Assembly: GCA_028687915.1 (NCBI GenBank)
Contig: JAQTZF010000001.1
Coordinates: 290,634 to 354,633, forward strand
From: Candidatus Daviesbacteria bacterium
GTDB taxonomy: Bacteria; Patescibacteriota; Microgenomatia; Daviesbacterales; UBA10151
DNA length: 64,000 bases
Direction: 5' to 3'
Under the pieces are notes generated by a model. The model made no database searches, was not told the origin of the DNA, and saw nothing but the letters and a program-made list of their open reading frames with translations. Shown piece by piece: positions 56,262-64,000 of the stretch (its first letter is position 1; every line of letters starts with the position of its first letter). The translations under genes and the position numbers were made by a program.

Positions 56262-56978
56262 TTATTTTGCGAGCGCCCTTTCGTTTGCTCTGATTAAAAT
56301 TTCAATGACTTCTTTGTTTGTGCCAGTCGCTGTCTCCAGGAGTTTCTTCAGCTCATCGATGCTCTTTTGCATCTGCTCTTTGGTTTTGTTGGCTGGTAGG
56401 TAGTCAGTTAGGTTTTCCATGTTTTTTATAAATTCCCGATCCTGAAGATCGGTAACCACCGCTTGAACCGCTGCCACCCAGTTGGTCGTGTTGCAGCCTG
56501 CACTTGGGGGGCAATACACATTCGCCAAATCCTCGACTCGATCTGTTTGGCGGAATCGACTGTAATAAGATTTCGTTGCAATTCCTTCGGCGACGGACTG
56601 GCAGCTGGCTTCAAGTGAGGAATAGTGAGTTTTGCAGCTGTTCCAGCCGAAGGGGTTGCCTCCGCATGCGTTCTTACCAAAGCTGCTCTCAATGTTTGTG
56701 ATGCCGACCAGTAAATACGGATCGACATTGTTATCACTGCCACAGTCCACGAAGACATGACTCTGACCAGTGAGTGGGCTGCTTTCCTCAGACAGGCGCT
56801 CAGCCACAATCGCAATGCGAGGATCGGGTTCAGGGGTAGGGGTCGGTGAAGTAATCGGCTGAGCCGTCTGAGTGTTTTTCGATATTGGCGATGTGCGGTA
56901 TTTTTCATATACGATTTTGGCTGTGATGCCCGCGACTGCCAGTAAAATAAATAGGATTAGAATTAGTTTTTTTCTCAT
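56262..56978 (-). CDS. membrane-anchored lysozyme-like (glucosaminidase/SLT-like) protein
   Basis: Signal anchor, PT linker, VDPYLLVGITNIESSFG, NPFGW, YCPP...W. Confidence 0.75.
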   Translation of the reverse strand: MRKKLILILFILLAVAGITAKIVYEKYRTSPISKNTQTAQPITSPTPTPEPDPRIAIVAERLSEESSPLTGQSHVFVDCGSDNNVDPYLLVGITNIESSFGKNACGGNPFGWNSCKTHYSSLEASCQSVAEGIATKSYYSRFRQTDRVEDLANVYCPPSAGCNTTNWVAAVQAVVTDLQDREFIKNMENLTDYLPANKTKEQMQKSIDELKKLLETATGTNKEVIEILIRANERALAK

Positions 56979-58009
56979 AGTTGTGCATGCTTTCCTTGTG
57001 CGCCTGCCTTCCCTGGCTCGTTGGCGAAGCGCCAGTAAAATAACTTCTCTCGATCTCGGATGTTTTCCGCGTCCTTGCAGTAGCTGAGAGCTGTCTGAAG
57101 CCGACCTTGTTTGCCGTTTTTACAAGCCAGTTGAATGTGTCTGAAGAAATTGCGGGAGGGAGTGCCTTTTAAGCCCAGCTCCTCCCAGTAGCGCAGCGCT
57201 TCTACCTGGAATTCATGGGTGATTTTGGTGCTGGGACTCTGAGTATCAAAATGAGACTGGTGTTTTTTTAAGACATCGCCGATACTGGAGACTGTGTTTT
57301 TCTTTTCTGGTAGGGGGTGCTGGTAAGTGCCTTCGCAGTGTGTCCCGCCTAGTGGATCGGGATCAGTGCAGCCGTTGCAGTTGCCATTCGGAGTGCGGTT
57401 GTAGGGTTCTTTTAAGGCTAACTCTTTGGGTTTATCCCCAGAGTTATCCACATTTTTATCAATTACGGAGGCTTCAGCCTCAACAGTGTTTTTACTTTGT
57501 TTATTTATACTTTGTCTATTTATCTTTTGTCCTTGCTCTTTAGCTAACCCCCCCCTTGTTCTTTGACAACCCCCCTCGTTCTTCTTTGATGATCCCCCCC
57601 AGGTAAAAACAGGGTAGATATAGCGATGAGTCCCTGATTTATCGCGCTCAACTTCGATCCTGATTTTGCCCTTTGCAGCGAGTTCTCTTAATGGACGATT
57701 GACTGATTGCTCTGCCACTCCGATGGTGCGACCCAGGTATTTATTCGTGGCGTAGCAGAAGCCAGTCTGACGACTCAATGCGATGATCCCGCCATAGAGA
57801 ATCTTTGCCAGCTGGGAAAGGTCTTGACTCTGGAGAATTTCAATCGGAATGACGACAAAAAGACTGGACTCGCTGCGCCCGACATCCAGCCCCGCTTTAT
57901 AAGTTTGCTGAACCATGTCGAGGACTGCCGTCAGCTGCTCGCCTTTGAAAAGAGGGAGGTATTTATCGACTAACTCGTTTGGCACTGTCTGGTTGACTGG
58001 TTTTTTCAT
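56975..58009 (-). CDS. replication initiator with winged HTH
   Basis: LS..AKILYG.I..L....G.C.ATNKYL...IG....SV...L.EL...G.I; internal iterons. Confidence 0.8.
   Translation of the reverse strand: MKKPVNQTVPNELVDKYLPLFKGEQLTAVLDMVQQTYKAGLDVGRSESSLFVVIPIEILQSQDLSQLAKILYGGIIALSRQTGFCYATNKYLGRTIGVAEQSVNRPLRELAAKGKIRIEVERDKSGTHRYIYPVFTWGGSSKKNEGGCQRTRGGLAKEQGQKINRQSINKQSKNTVEAEASVIDKNVDNSGDKPKELALKEPYNRTPNGNCNGCTDPDPLGGTHCEGTYQHPLPEKKNTVSSIGDVLKKHQSHFDTQSPSTKITHEFQVEALRYWEELGLKGTPSRNFFRHIQLACKNGKQGRLQTALSYCKDAENIRDREKLFYWRFANEPGKAGAQGKHAQL
57432..57600. promoter_or_regulatory. putative phage replication origin inside rep gene
   Basis: TTATCCCCA 57432-57440, TTATCCACA 57444-57452, tandem TACTTTGT(T/C)TATTTA 57493-57522, three imperfect CCTYGYTCTT repeats with C-runs. 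Confidence 0.7.
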
Positions 58010-59136
58010 TCCGTTTTCCCTCCTTTCCTGTTTTTCAAAAATTGATCAAACTTATTTCCTGGTTTTTGTGGGTAGTAGAGAGCCTGACATTCCTTTGAGC
58101 AGAAGCCATTCTCTCCAGCGACTGAAGGATCGACTGGTTTTTCGTGGCATTGCGCACACATCCTGGGTTCTTCTTTCTTTTCCTCTGCTTCGACTGGCTC
58201 TGCTTCCTGGACTGGGGCAGTTTGTGCTGCTTGCTCGGCAACAGTTGCTTCGCCGTTACCTTTGCCAGCGATTCTTTTGGGAGGATTGCTTTCACCAACT
58301 ACTTCGAAGGCTTCCTGGAGTTTTTCCGTTAGCTGATCGATCTGCACTCCTGTCAGCTCAGTGATCGATTCGACCTGATAAAGTTTGGCGATTGCCTGGT
58401 GCAGTCGTGTCTCATCAAAACCTCTGGGGTGTGCGACGGCATGGAGCTTCTTGATCTGGTTTACTCTGACTGGGTCTTGCGCTTTGGTGGTGGGTGCTGG
58501 CTCAGCATCCGAGACTTCCTCCAGGAAGATGTCGCTTGCCATCGTCGCGGTTCTTACTGCAGCAACAAGCGCCCGCTTTTGTGCCATCGATTGGATGGTG
58601 TTGGCGTCATCAGCGCTTTCTTCTGGGGAATTTTTAACTTTGAGATAGGTATTAGTGTATCCGCGCTCCTGCTTGGTGAATTTCGAAACAAAGTTTGCTT
58701 TCTGATCAGCTGTCGCGAAGCGCTCGGCGACTGTGGTGTAGAGATATTTTTTCTCCCTGGAATTGCAGCTTCTCTCTGCCTCTCCTGCAGGGATTGTCTT
58801 AGCGTCGTATATTTCGATCTGTCCGTCGACGACTCTGGTGAGGGGAATGTTTCGACTGAGTTTGCACAGGTAGCGATAATAGAAAAAGCCTTTCTCCCAG
58901 TCTTCGACTTCTTTGGTCAATTCAAACTCTGGGGCAAGCCCGAAGAATTTCGCGAGTTTCTCAGCTCCTGGCTGCAGCAGTGTCTTTTTATTCGTCCCTG
59001 GGATCACACCAAAGTCGACCCCTTCTTTCATCTGGGACTTGACCAGCTTTCTGATGTCCTTCTTCTCAGTGCCGAATTGCTCCAGCTCCTGGGCGGGTTG
59101 GACTATGGTTAGGCTTTGCTCTTTATTTTCCGTCAT
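58006..59136 (-). CDS. putative single-strand annealing/recombination protein
   Basis: GVDFGVIPGT.KKTL..PGAEKL, CNSRE.KY, NTI..MAQKRALVAAV; acidic linker; C-terminal Cys cluster. Confidence 0.6.
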   Translation of the reverse strand: MTENKEQSLTIVQPAQELEQFGTEKKDIRKLVKSQMKEGVDFGVIPGTNKKTLLQPGAEKLAKFFGLAPEFELTKEVEDWEKGFFYYRYLCKLSRNIPLTRVVDGQIEIYDAKTIPAGEAERSCNSREKKYLYTTVAERFATADQKANFVSKFTKQERGYTNTYLKVKNSPEESADDANTIQSMAQKRALVAAVRTATMASDIFLEEVSDAEPAPTTKAQDPVRVNQIKKLHAVAHPRGFDETRLHQAIAKLYQVESITELTGVQIDQLTEKLQEAFEVVGESNPPKRIAGKGNGEATVAEQAAQTAPVQEAEPVEAEEKKEEPRMCAQCHEKPVDPSVAGENGFCSKECQALYYPQKPGNKFDQFLKNRKGGKTE

Positions 59137-59371
59137 ATTTTTGAATGCAACTTATAGGTGAGCCGTTATAAAAGCACTGACACTTTGCCAGCCATTCAGC
59201 ATTTCCGCTGACTTTAGCGCTCCTGCAGTTCATGCGATCCTGGTTTTCGAGAGTGGTATCCAAACCAGTGACGAATGCGTAGCTCATAACCAGTGCGAAA
59301 ATAACCATCAGAATCAATGAGCCGATGCCTAACTTCTCCCTGGGTTGTCGTCTTTGCGCGTAGTCGATCAT
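59123..59371 (-). CDS. small membrane protein with Cys-rich C-terminus
   Basis: One TM, four Cys. Confidence 0.6.
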   Translation of the reverse strand: MIDYAQRRQPREKLGIGSLILMVIFALVMSYAFVTGLDTTLENQDRMNCRSAKVSGNAEWLAKCQCFYNGSPISCIQKYDGK

Positions 59372-59739
59372 TGCTGCCCCTCCTTTCCGAAATCGATAAT
59401 CCCTAATTTCTCCATGTCTTCCGCCAACTCCTCGATGATCTGGTAAACACGCTCCCTGGACTTGACGCCGTATTTTTCGCCCAGTTCTTCAAGGGTTAAA
59501 AACAATCGGCGATAGTCGTTGAGGATATTGCGGTCACGCTCCCAGTTTTTGGAGATGTGAGAACAGAGAATTCTGTCTATGGTTTTGGCATCTTTGCCAG
59601 GGTGGAGGTCAACAATCTGCTGCAGGGAAAGTCCTGCGAAGTAATCTCTTAAAATGTCTTTGTTAGCTTCCCAACTAAAAAATCGCTTGACATTTCGTCT
59701 TCTTTGCGTTTTAATGTGGTGCAATCTTTGGGCAGTCAT
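59368..59739 (-). CDS. HTH protein resembling sigma70 region 4
   Basis: LTLEELGEKYGVKSRERVYQII; second HTH-like GLSLQQI..TIDRIL. Confidence 0.7.
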   Translation of the reverse strand: MTAQRLHHIKTQRRRNVKRFFSWEANKDILRDYFAGLSLQQIVDLHPGKDAKTIDRILCSHISKNWERDRNILNDYRRLFLTLEELGEKYGVKSRERVYQIIEELAEDMEKLGIIDFGKEGQQ

Positions 59740-59753
59740 ATGGTTTTGACGAC

Positions 59754-59841
59754 CCTAGATTTTTGATAATTTAGAGAGATTTTTAGGAAGGGTTAGAAGC
59801 CTTTTTTATTTTTCTTTCGAGAACTCTCGTTTCTGGATGAA
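59754..59841 (+). repeat. right prophage end and attR core TTTCTGGATGAA (59830-59841)
   Basis: CCTAGATTTT 59754-59763 and TTCGAGAACTC 59816-59826 invert the left-end blocks. Confidence 0.8.
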
Positions 59842-60444
59842 TTACCAGAATTTCCAAGACAGGTTTTAGAAGCACTGAGGCAACCAATAGAAGATAGAAA
59901 AGTTTCCATATCCCGTGCTAATGGAACTTTAACTTTTCCTTGCCAGTTTATTTTACTTGCTGCCCATAACCCCTGTCCTTGTGGGTTTTTGGGAAGTCAT
60001 AAGAAAAGTTGTTCTTGTAATCCTGGGCAAATCTCAAGATATAAAAAGAAAATCTCCGGACCCCTTTTGGACAGAATTGATATTCATTTAGATATTCCAG
60101 CAGTGGAGGTTGAAAAATTAACAGGAGAAGATATTCCAGAAGAATCAAAAACTATCAGGGATAGGGTAGAGAATGCCCGAAAAATACAGCAAAAAAGATT
60201 TAAGGGCAGTAGTGTATTAACTAATTCTGAAATGAATAACATACAAATAAAGCAGTTTTGTCAGATTACCAGAGAAGCTTTGGAATTATTAAAACTAGCA
60301 ATTTCACAGATGAACTTATCAGCCAGAAGTTATTACCGGGTTTTAAAGCTTAGCAGAACAATTGCTGATTTAGCAAATTCTGAAGGAATAATGCCTGAAC
60401 ATATTGCAGAAGCTTTAACTTATAGATACAGAGAAGAAAACTAA
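59830..60444 (+). pseudogene. comM: comM 3' half
   Basis: FLDELPEFPRQVLEALRQPIED..VSISRA...AAHNPCPCG...ISGPLLDRID...LSARSY...SRTIADL...HIAEAL.YR, in frame with ORF 59989-60444. Confidence 0.95.
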
Positions 60445-60758
60445 AACTGATTAGTTATTTTATTTAAATTATCAAAATCACTGTTCTTAACTTCAGGATT
60501 AATTGTTTCAATTTCCTGTTTAAGGTCTGTTGTTTTATCAAAATGATATTCTATTGGTGTTGGGGAAGGGGTTGGTGTAGGAGATATATTTTGATTTGTA
60601 ATTTGTTGTAAAAGAGTTTTTCCATCAGGATTGATTAAAGTTTGAGGATTAGTTTTGTTAAGAAAAAGATTACCTAGAGATAGAAAAGTTCCCAGAAGAA
60701 GTACTACTAGTAAGAATGTAATTAACTTATTTGTAGAAAAGCTTTGCTTATTTTTCAT
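60441..60758 (-). CDS. membrane-anchored hypothetical protein
   Basis: N-terminal TM, PTPTPSPTP linker. Confidence 0.6.
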   Translation of the reverse strand: MKNKQSFSTNKLITFLLVVLLLGTFLSLGNLFLNKTNPQTLINPDGKTLLQQITNQNISPTPTPSPTPIEYHFDKTTDLKQEIETINPEVKNSDFDNLNKITNQF

Positions 60759-61272
60759 ACGCATTAATAGCTTTTTTAACCTCTGATTTAGCTCTTAAAA
60801 TTTTATTTTGTAGAGTTCCTAAATTGCTTTTTAGATTATTTGAACTGTAGTTTATTGCACTTTTTAAATTTCCTCCTCCAATTGCAGGTGTATAGTCTTG
60901 TGCTCTTTGATAGGCTAAAGCTTCTGCTGCATAATTTAAATAATACGCCGCGGTATCTAATGGTGTACTACCTTGGCCATAAGCGACAATTGTATTGGTG
61001 ACATTTTCCCTGGATTTTAATTCTTCAAAAATAGCAGATAATTTATTGATATCTAATTCCAACCTATTGCAAACTGTTTGATTTATATTTTTTAACTGTT
61101 GGTCTGCACTGAGTATTAATTGCTTCTTTTTTGGGTCTTCGATTTTAGATAAGTTGTTTTCAAAATTAAATCTTGTTTGGTTCTGAATATCCTCTGGAGT
61201 GGTTCTTGCATAAACCGATGGGCCTATTAAAAGACTTGTTAAAATAAGCAAAATCAAAAAAACTTTTCTCAT
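60748..61272 (-). CDS. exported hypothetical protein
   Basis: Signal peptide MRKVFLILLIL...VYA, helical body. Confidence 0.65.
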   Translation of the reverse strand: MRKVFLILLILTSLLIGPSVYARTTPEDIQNQTRFNFENNLSKIEDPKKKQLILSADQQLKNINQTVCNRLELDINKLSAIFEELKSRENVTNTIVAYGQGSTPLDTAAYYLNYAAEALAYQRAQDYTPAIGGGNLKSAINYSSNNLKSNLGTLQNKILRAKSEVKKAINAYEK

Positions 61273-61307
61273 TAAATATATTATAACCAAAATTTAACTT
61301 GACTAAA

Positions 61308-61346
61308 ACGAAAAACCCCACAGCTTTCGCTGCAGGGGCCTTTCGT
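61308..61346 (-). terminator. probable intrinsic terminator after DUF5679-like gene
   Basis: Minus strand CCCC-TGCAGC-GAAA-GCTGTG-GGG followed by TTTTT. Confidence 0.6.
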
Positions 61347-61379
61347 GAATGGTGAAATAACACCAATTAGCTTCAAGTA

Positions 61380-61523
61380 TTAGACTTGAGAACCGATTTT
61401 GTACATTCCTGTACTACAAACTGAACAAACGCCTTTAACTGCTGGTTTACCATTTTTCATAGTAACATTTTGAGCATCGTTGGCGTCTCTTTTTTGGCGA
61501 CATTTTACACAATACATTTGCAT
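61380..61523 (-). CDS. DUF5679-like zinc-ribbon protein
   Basis: MQMYCVKCRQKR...TMKNGKPAVKGVCSVCSTGMYKIG; AGGAGGTG SD. Confidence 0.85.
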   Translation of the reverse strand: MQMYCVKCRQKRDANDAQNVTMKNGKPAVKGVCSVCSTGMYKIGSQV

Positions 61524-61569
61524 GGTTGATTTCACCTCCTTTCAATCTTAGTCATTAACTACTAAGGTA

Positions 61570-61854
61570 TTAACTAAATTTCAAAATTTTCAAAGTAAGT
61601 TGCATATAAATTATTAACTGAACAAAAAGGGCTATTGTTGCCAGCATCGTTATTTTTAATAGATCTTTTTTAAGATAAGCCAGATCTTGGTGTTCATGCT
61701 GGGTGGTGCTGATTACGCCAGTATTATGAATAGCACTAGTTTGATAAGAGCTTTTTTTTGTCGCCTTAACTTTTTCTTTTCCAAAAAGTTGGGTCTTTAA
61801 GGCTTGTAATCTTTTTTCTGTATCAGTCAATTCTTTAGACTCGGAATAAGCCAT
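61570..61854 (-). CDS. hypothetical protein with C-terminal TM
   Basis: LKTQLFGK...YLKKDLLKI then hydrophobic helix. Confidence 0.6.
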   Translation of the reverse strand: MAYSESKELTDTEKRLQALKTQLFGKEKVKATKKSSYQTSAIHNTGVISTTQHEHQDLAYLKKDLLKITMLATIALFVQLIIYMQLTLKILKFS

Positions 61855-62000
61855 TGTTTATAAAATAGCTCCAAAGGTATTTAGCCTTGGACCTCTTGAG
61901 CCTAACAGACTTTTTTGTGCCTGTCAAGCATGAGGATAAAATATCTTGTATACTACGTTGACAAGGAACTTCGTTTTTAGGTAAGATAAAAGAGTAATTT

Positions 62001-62444
62001 ATGTATCCAGGTGAGGGCAGTATTTTATGGATTCTTATAACTGCCAGTCTAATCTGGTTGGTTGGGTTGAGTGTAATTGTTTGGAAATCTAACCTTTTTT
62101 TAAAAAAACTATTTCCTGATAAAAGTGGTGATTTTAAAGAAAAGTTGGAACAATCCTTATTAGCCGTAGAGAGAATTGAAAGTTTTAGAAAGAAGAATCT
62201 GGAAAATGTTCAGAAGGTTTATTTGAAAAGGTATAATCCTTATCATGATACAGGAGGGGATCAGAGCTTTTCATTTAGTTTGTTAGATGGACATGGAAAT
62301 GGGTTAGTAATAACCAGTTTGCATTCCAGGTCTGGAACCAGAGTTTTTGCTAAACCAGTTAAAGGTGGTAAGGAGGATGGATTTGAGTTCTCTGGTGAAG
62401 AGAAAGTAGTAGTAGAGAAAGCAATACTAAAGGAAAAATTATAA
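62001..62444 (+). CDS. DUF4446-like protein
   Basis: QKV...RYNPY.DTGGDQSFS..LLD..GNG.V.TSLHSR...R.FAKPV. Confidence 0.85.
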   Translation: MYPGEGSILWILITASLIWLVGLSVIVWKSNLFLKKLFPDKSGDFKEKLEQSLLAVERIESFRKKNLENVQKVYLKRYNPYHDTGGDQSFSFSLLDGHGNGLVITSLHSRSGTRVFAKPVKGGKEDGFEFSGEEKVVVEKAILKEKL

Positions 62445-62446
62445 TT

Positions 62447-63628
62447 ATGAAATCTTTTTTTAACAATTTAACTACAATACAAAAAAGCTTAGTTGTATCA
62501 ATCCTTTCGATTGTTTTATTCGTTCTATTTGCCGGAGTATCTTATTCAATTTTTTCAAAAATGTCTTTAGGTGGTTCTACAGGAGGATTAGTAACTGCTT
62601 TACCATCAGCAGGTGCTGCTCTGGATGAAAATCCAAATGAACCAAAAACTGAAGTCTGTCCTCTTAACGGAGCCATGAAAACAAAAAGAGCTAAGGATAA
62701 TTGGGTAACCAGATTCCCACTAGCAGTAATGATTGAAAATCATACTGAGGCCCGTCCTCAATCAGGGTTATCTTATGCTGATGTGGTTTATGAAACAGTA
62801 GCAGAAGGTGGAATTACCCGCTTTATGGCAGTGTATCTTTGTAATTTATCTGATGTTCAGGTTGGACCTGTTAGATCAGCCAGAACATATTTCTTAGATT
62901 GGTTGTCAGAGTATAATGCTCTATATGCTCATGTTGGAGGGGCTAATACACCAGGACCAGCTGATGCTTTAAGTCAAATTATTAAATATGGAATTAAAGA
63001 TATGAATCAATTTAGTATTGGTTTCCCAACATTCTGGAGAGATTATCAAAGATTAGGTAGGGCTGTTGCCACAGAACATACCATGTATTCCACCACTCAA
63101 AAACTTTGGGAAGTTGGTGTAAAAAGAGGATGGGTTAATAATGATCAAGCTAAAAAATGGGAAGATGGGTTTATCCAATGGAAATTTAAAGATGATCAGA
63201 AGAATGTAAATGCAGCATTGCCAAGTGCTAATTCAATCAATGTAGATTTTTGGCAAGGATATGGTGATTATTCAGTTAGCTGGAGATTTGATAGTAATTG
63301 TAATTGTTACAAAAGAAGTAACGGAGGAGCACCTCACTTAGATTTAGATAATAATCAGCAACTATCACCTAAAAATATAGTTGTTCAGTTTGAAAAAGAA
63401 TCAAATGCTAATGATGGTTATGAAAATAATGCTCATTTACTTTATAAAACAACAGGTGAAGGCAGAGCTTTGATTTTCCAGGATGGAAAAGTTATTGATG
63501 GTAAGTGGAGCAAATTAAATCGTTTAGCCAGAAGTAAATATACAGACTTAAAAGGTAATGAAATAAACTTTAATCGAGGTCAGATTTGGATTCAAACTGT
63601 ACCAGAAGGGTCAAAAGTAACTTATTAG
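62447..63628 (+). CDS. DUF3048-like (YerB-like) exported protein
   Basis: PLAVMIENH..ARPQSGL..AD.VYE..AEGGITRF, GPVRSAR, GQIWI. Confidence 0.88.
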   Translation: MKSFFNNLTTIQKSLVVSILSIVLFVLFAGVSYSIFSKMSLGGSTGGLVTALPSAGAALDENPNEPKTEVCPLNGAMKTKRAKDNWVTRFPLAVMIENHTEARPQSGLSYADVVYETVAEGGITRFMAVYLCNLSDVQVGPVRSARTYFLDWLSEYNALYAHVGGANTPGPADALSQIIKYGIKDMNQFSIGFPTFWRDYQRLGRAVATEHTMYSTTQKLWEVGVKRGWVNNDQAKKWEDGFIQWKFKDDQKNVNAALPSANSINVDFWQGYGDYSVSWRFDSNCNCYKRSNGGAPHLDLDNNQQLSPKNIVVQFEKESNANDGYENNAHLLYKTTGEGRALIFQDGKVIDGKWSKLNRLARSKYTDLKGNEINFNRGQIWIQTVPEGSKVTY

Positions 63629-63673
63629 GATTATATAAATCCTCCTGCCCAAAAAGAAAGGAGGTAAAAAATA

Positions 63674-64000
63674 ATGGAAGAGCTATTTGTATCACGTGTT
63701 CGAGTAAAACTGCTTGCACTATTTTTAACTACTCAGGAAGATTTATTACATGTTAGAGAAATTGTTCGTCGTGTTGATGAGGAAATAAACGCTGTTAGGC
63801 GAGAATTACAGAGAATGGAAAAATTTGGTATGGTATCTTCTGAGTGGAGAGCAAATCGTAGGTTATACCATTTTCGTAAAGATTATGTTTTTTACAGGGA
63901 GCTTTTAGGATTAGTTATTAAAGATAGTGGTTTAGGAGGAGCAATAGTTAAAAATAAAGCTAAGATAGGACGAATAAAATACGCAATGATGGCTATGAGA
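63674..64000 (+). CDS. winged-HTH protein, truncated by window end
   Basis: LFVSRVRVKLL.LF...HVREIVR...EEINAVRREL; GGAGGT SD. Confidence 0.75.
   Translation, partial: MEELFVSRVRVKLLALFLTTQEDLLHVREIVRRVDEEINAVRRELQRMEKFGMVSSEWRANRRLYHFRKDYVFYRELLGLVIKDSGLGGAIVKNKAKIGRIKYAMMAMR

Larger units (their letters stand above)
22370..59829. mobile_element. integrated podovirus-like prophage, ~37.5 kb, in comM
   Basis: Split comM, integrase at left end, lysis, virion, packaging and replication modules, abrupt GC increase, inverted repeats at both ends. Confidence 0.95.

Noticed and set aside
22370-59829. Alternative genetic code in phage or host
   Set aside because: Long recognisable genes are intact under code 11 and end at TAA, TAG or TGA
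59989-60444. Independent 151-aa gene
   Set aside because: It is the in-frame 3' part of comM starting at 59830

Overview
AT-rich host DNA with a gene set typical of a Patescibacteria/CPR (Microgenomates-like) bacterium; the taxonomy is inferred, not shown. Host genes include 2-oxoacid:ferredoxin oxidoreductase alpha/beta, an ADP-forming acetate-CoA ligase fused to an FNR-like domain, tRNA-Pro, recA/recX/rny, HU, a TrpR-like regulator, miaA, RNase P RNA, a histidine kinase and HtrA. An apparently complete ~37.5 kb, visibly GC-richer, podovirus-like prophage (~22370-59829) is inserted exactly in the Walker B codons (F-L-D-E) of comM, which it splits into two in-frame halves. The phage carries a tyrosine integrase, lysis genes, ejection proteins (LPD38 giant with a degenerate J-domain), a KhpA-like RNA-binding protein, capsid/portal/terminase, a cargo operon (HTH, MltG, SNase) and a rep gene containing iterons and DnaA boxes. 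Best leads: (1) two copies of a promoter / invariant box / covarying terminator leader in front of the head genes, with a DUF2292/YezD-like protein as candidate antiterminator; (2) a 15-bp motif with a palindromic core shared by the recA promoter region and the promoter of a TrpR-like regulator, a possible LexA-independent recA regulon; (3) the comM Walker B att site with inverted-repeat phage ends. All family calls are by motif recognition, without database searches.
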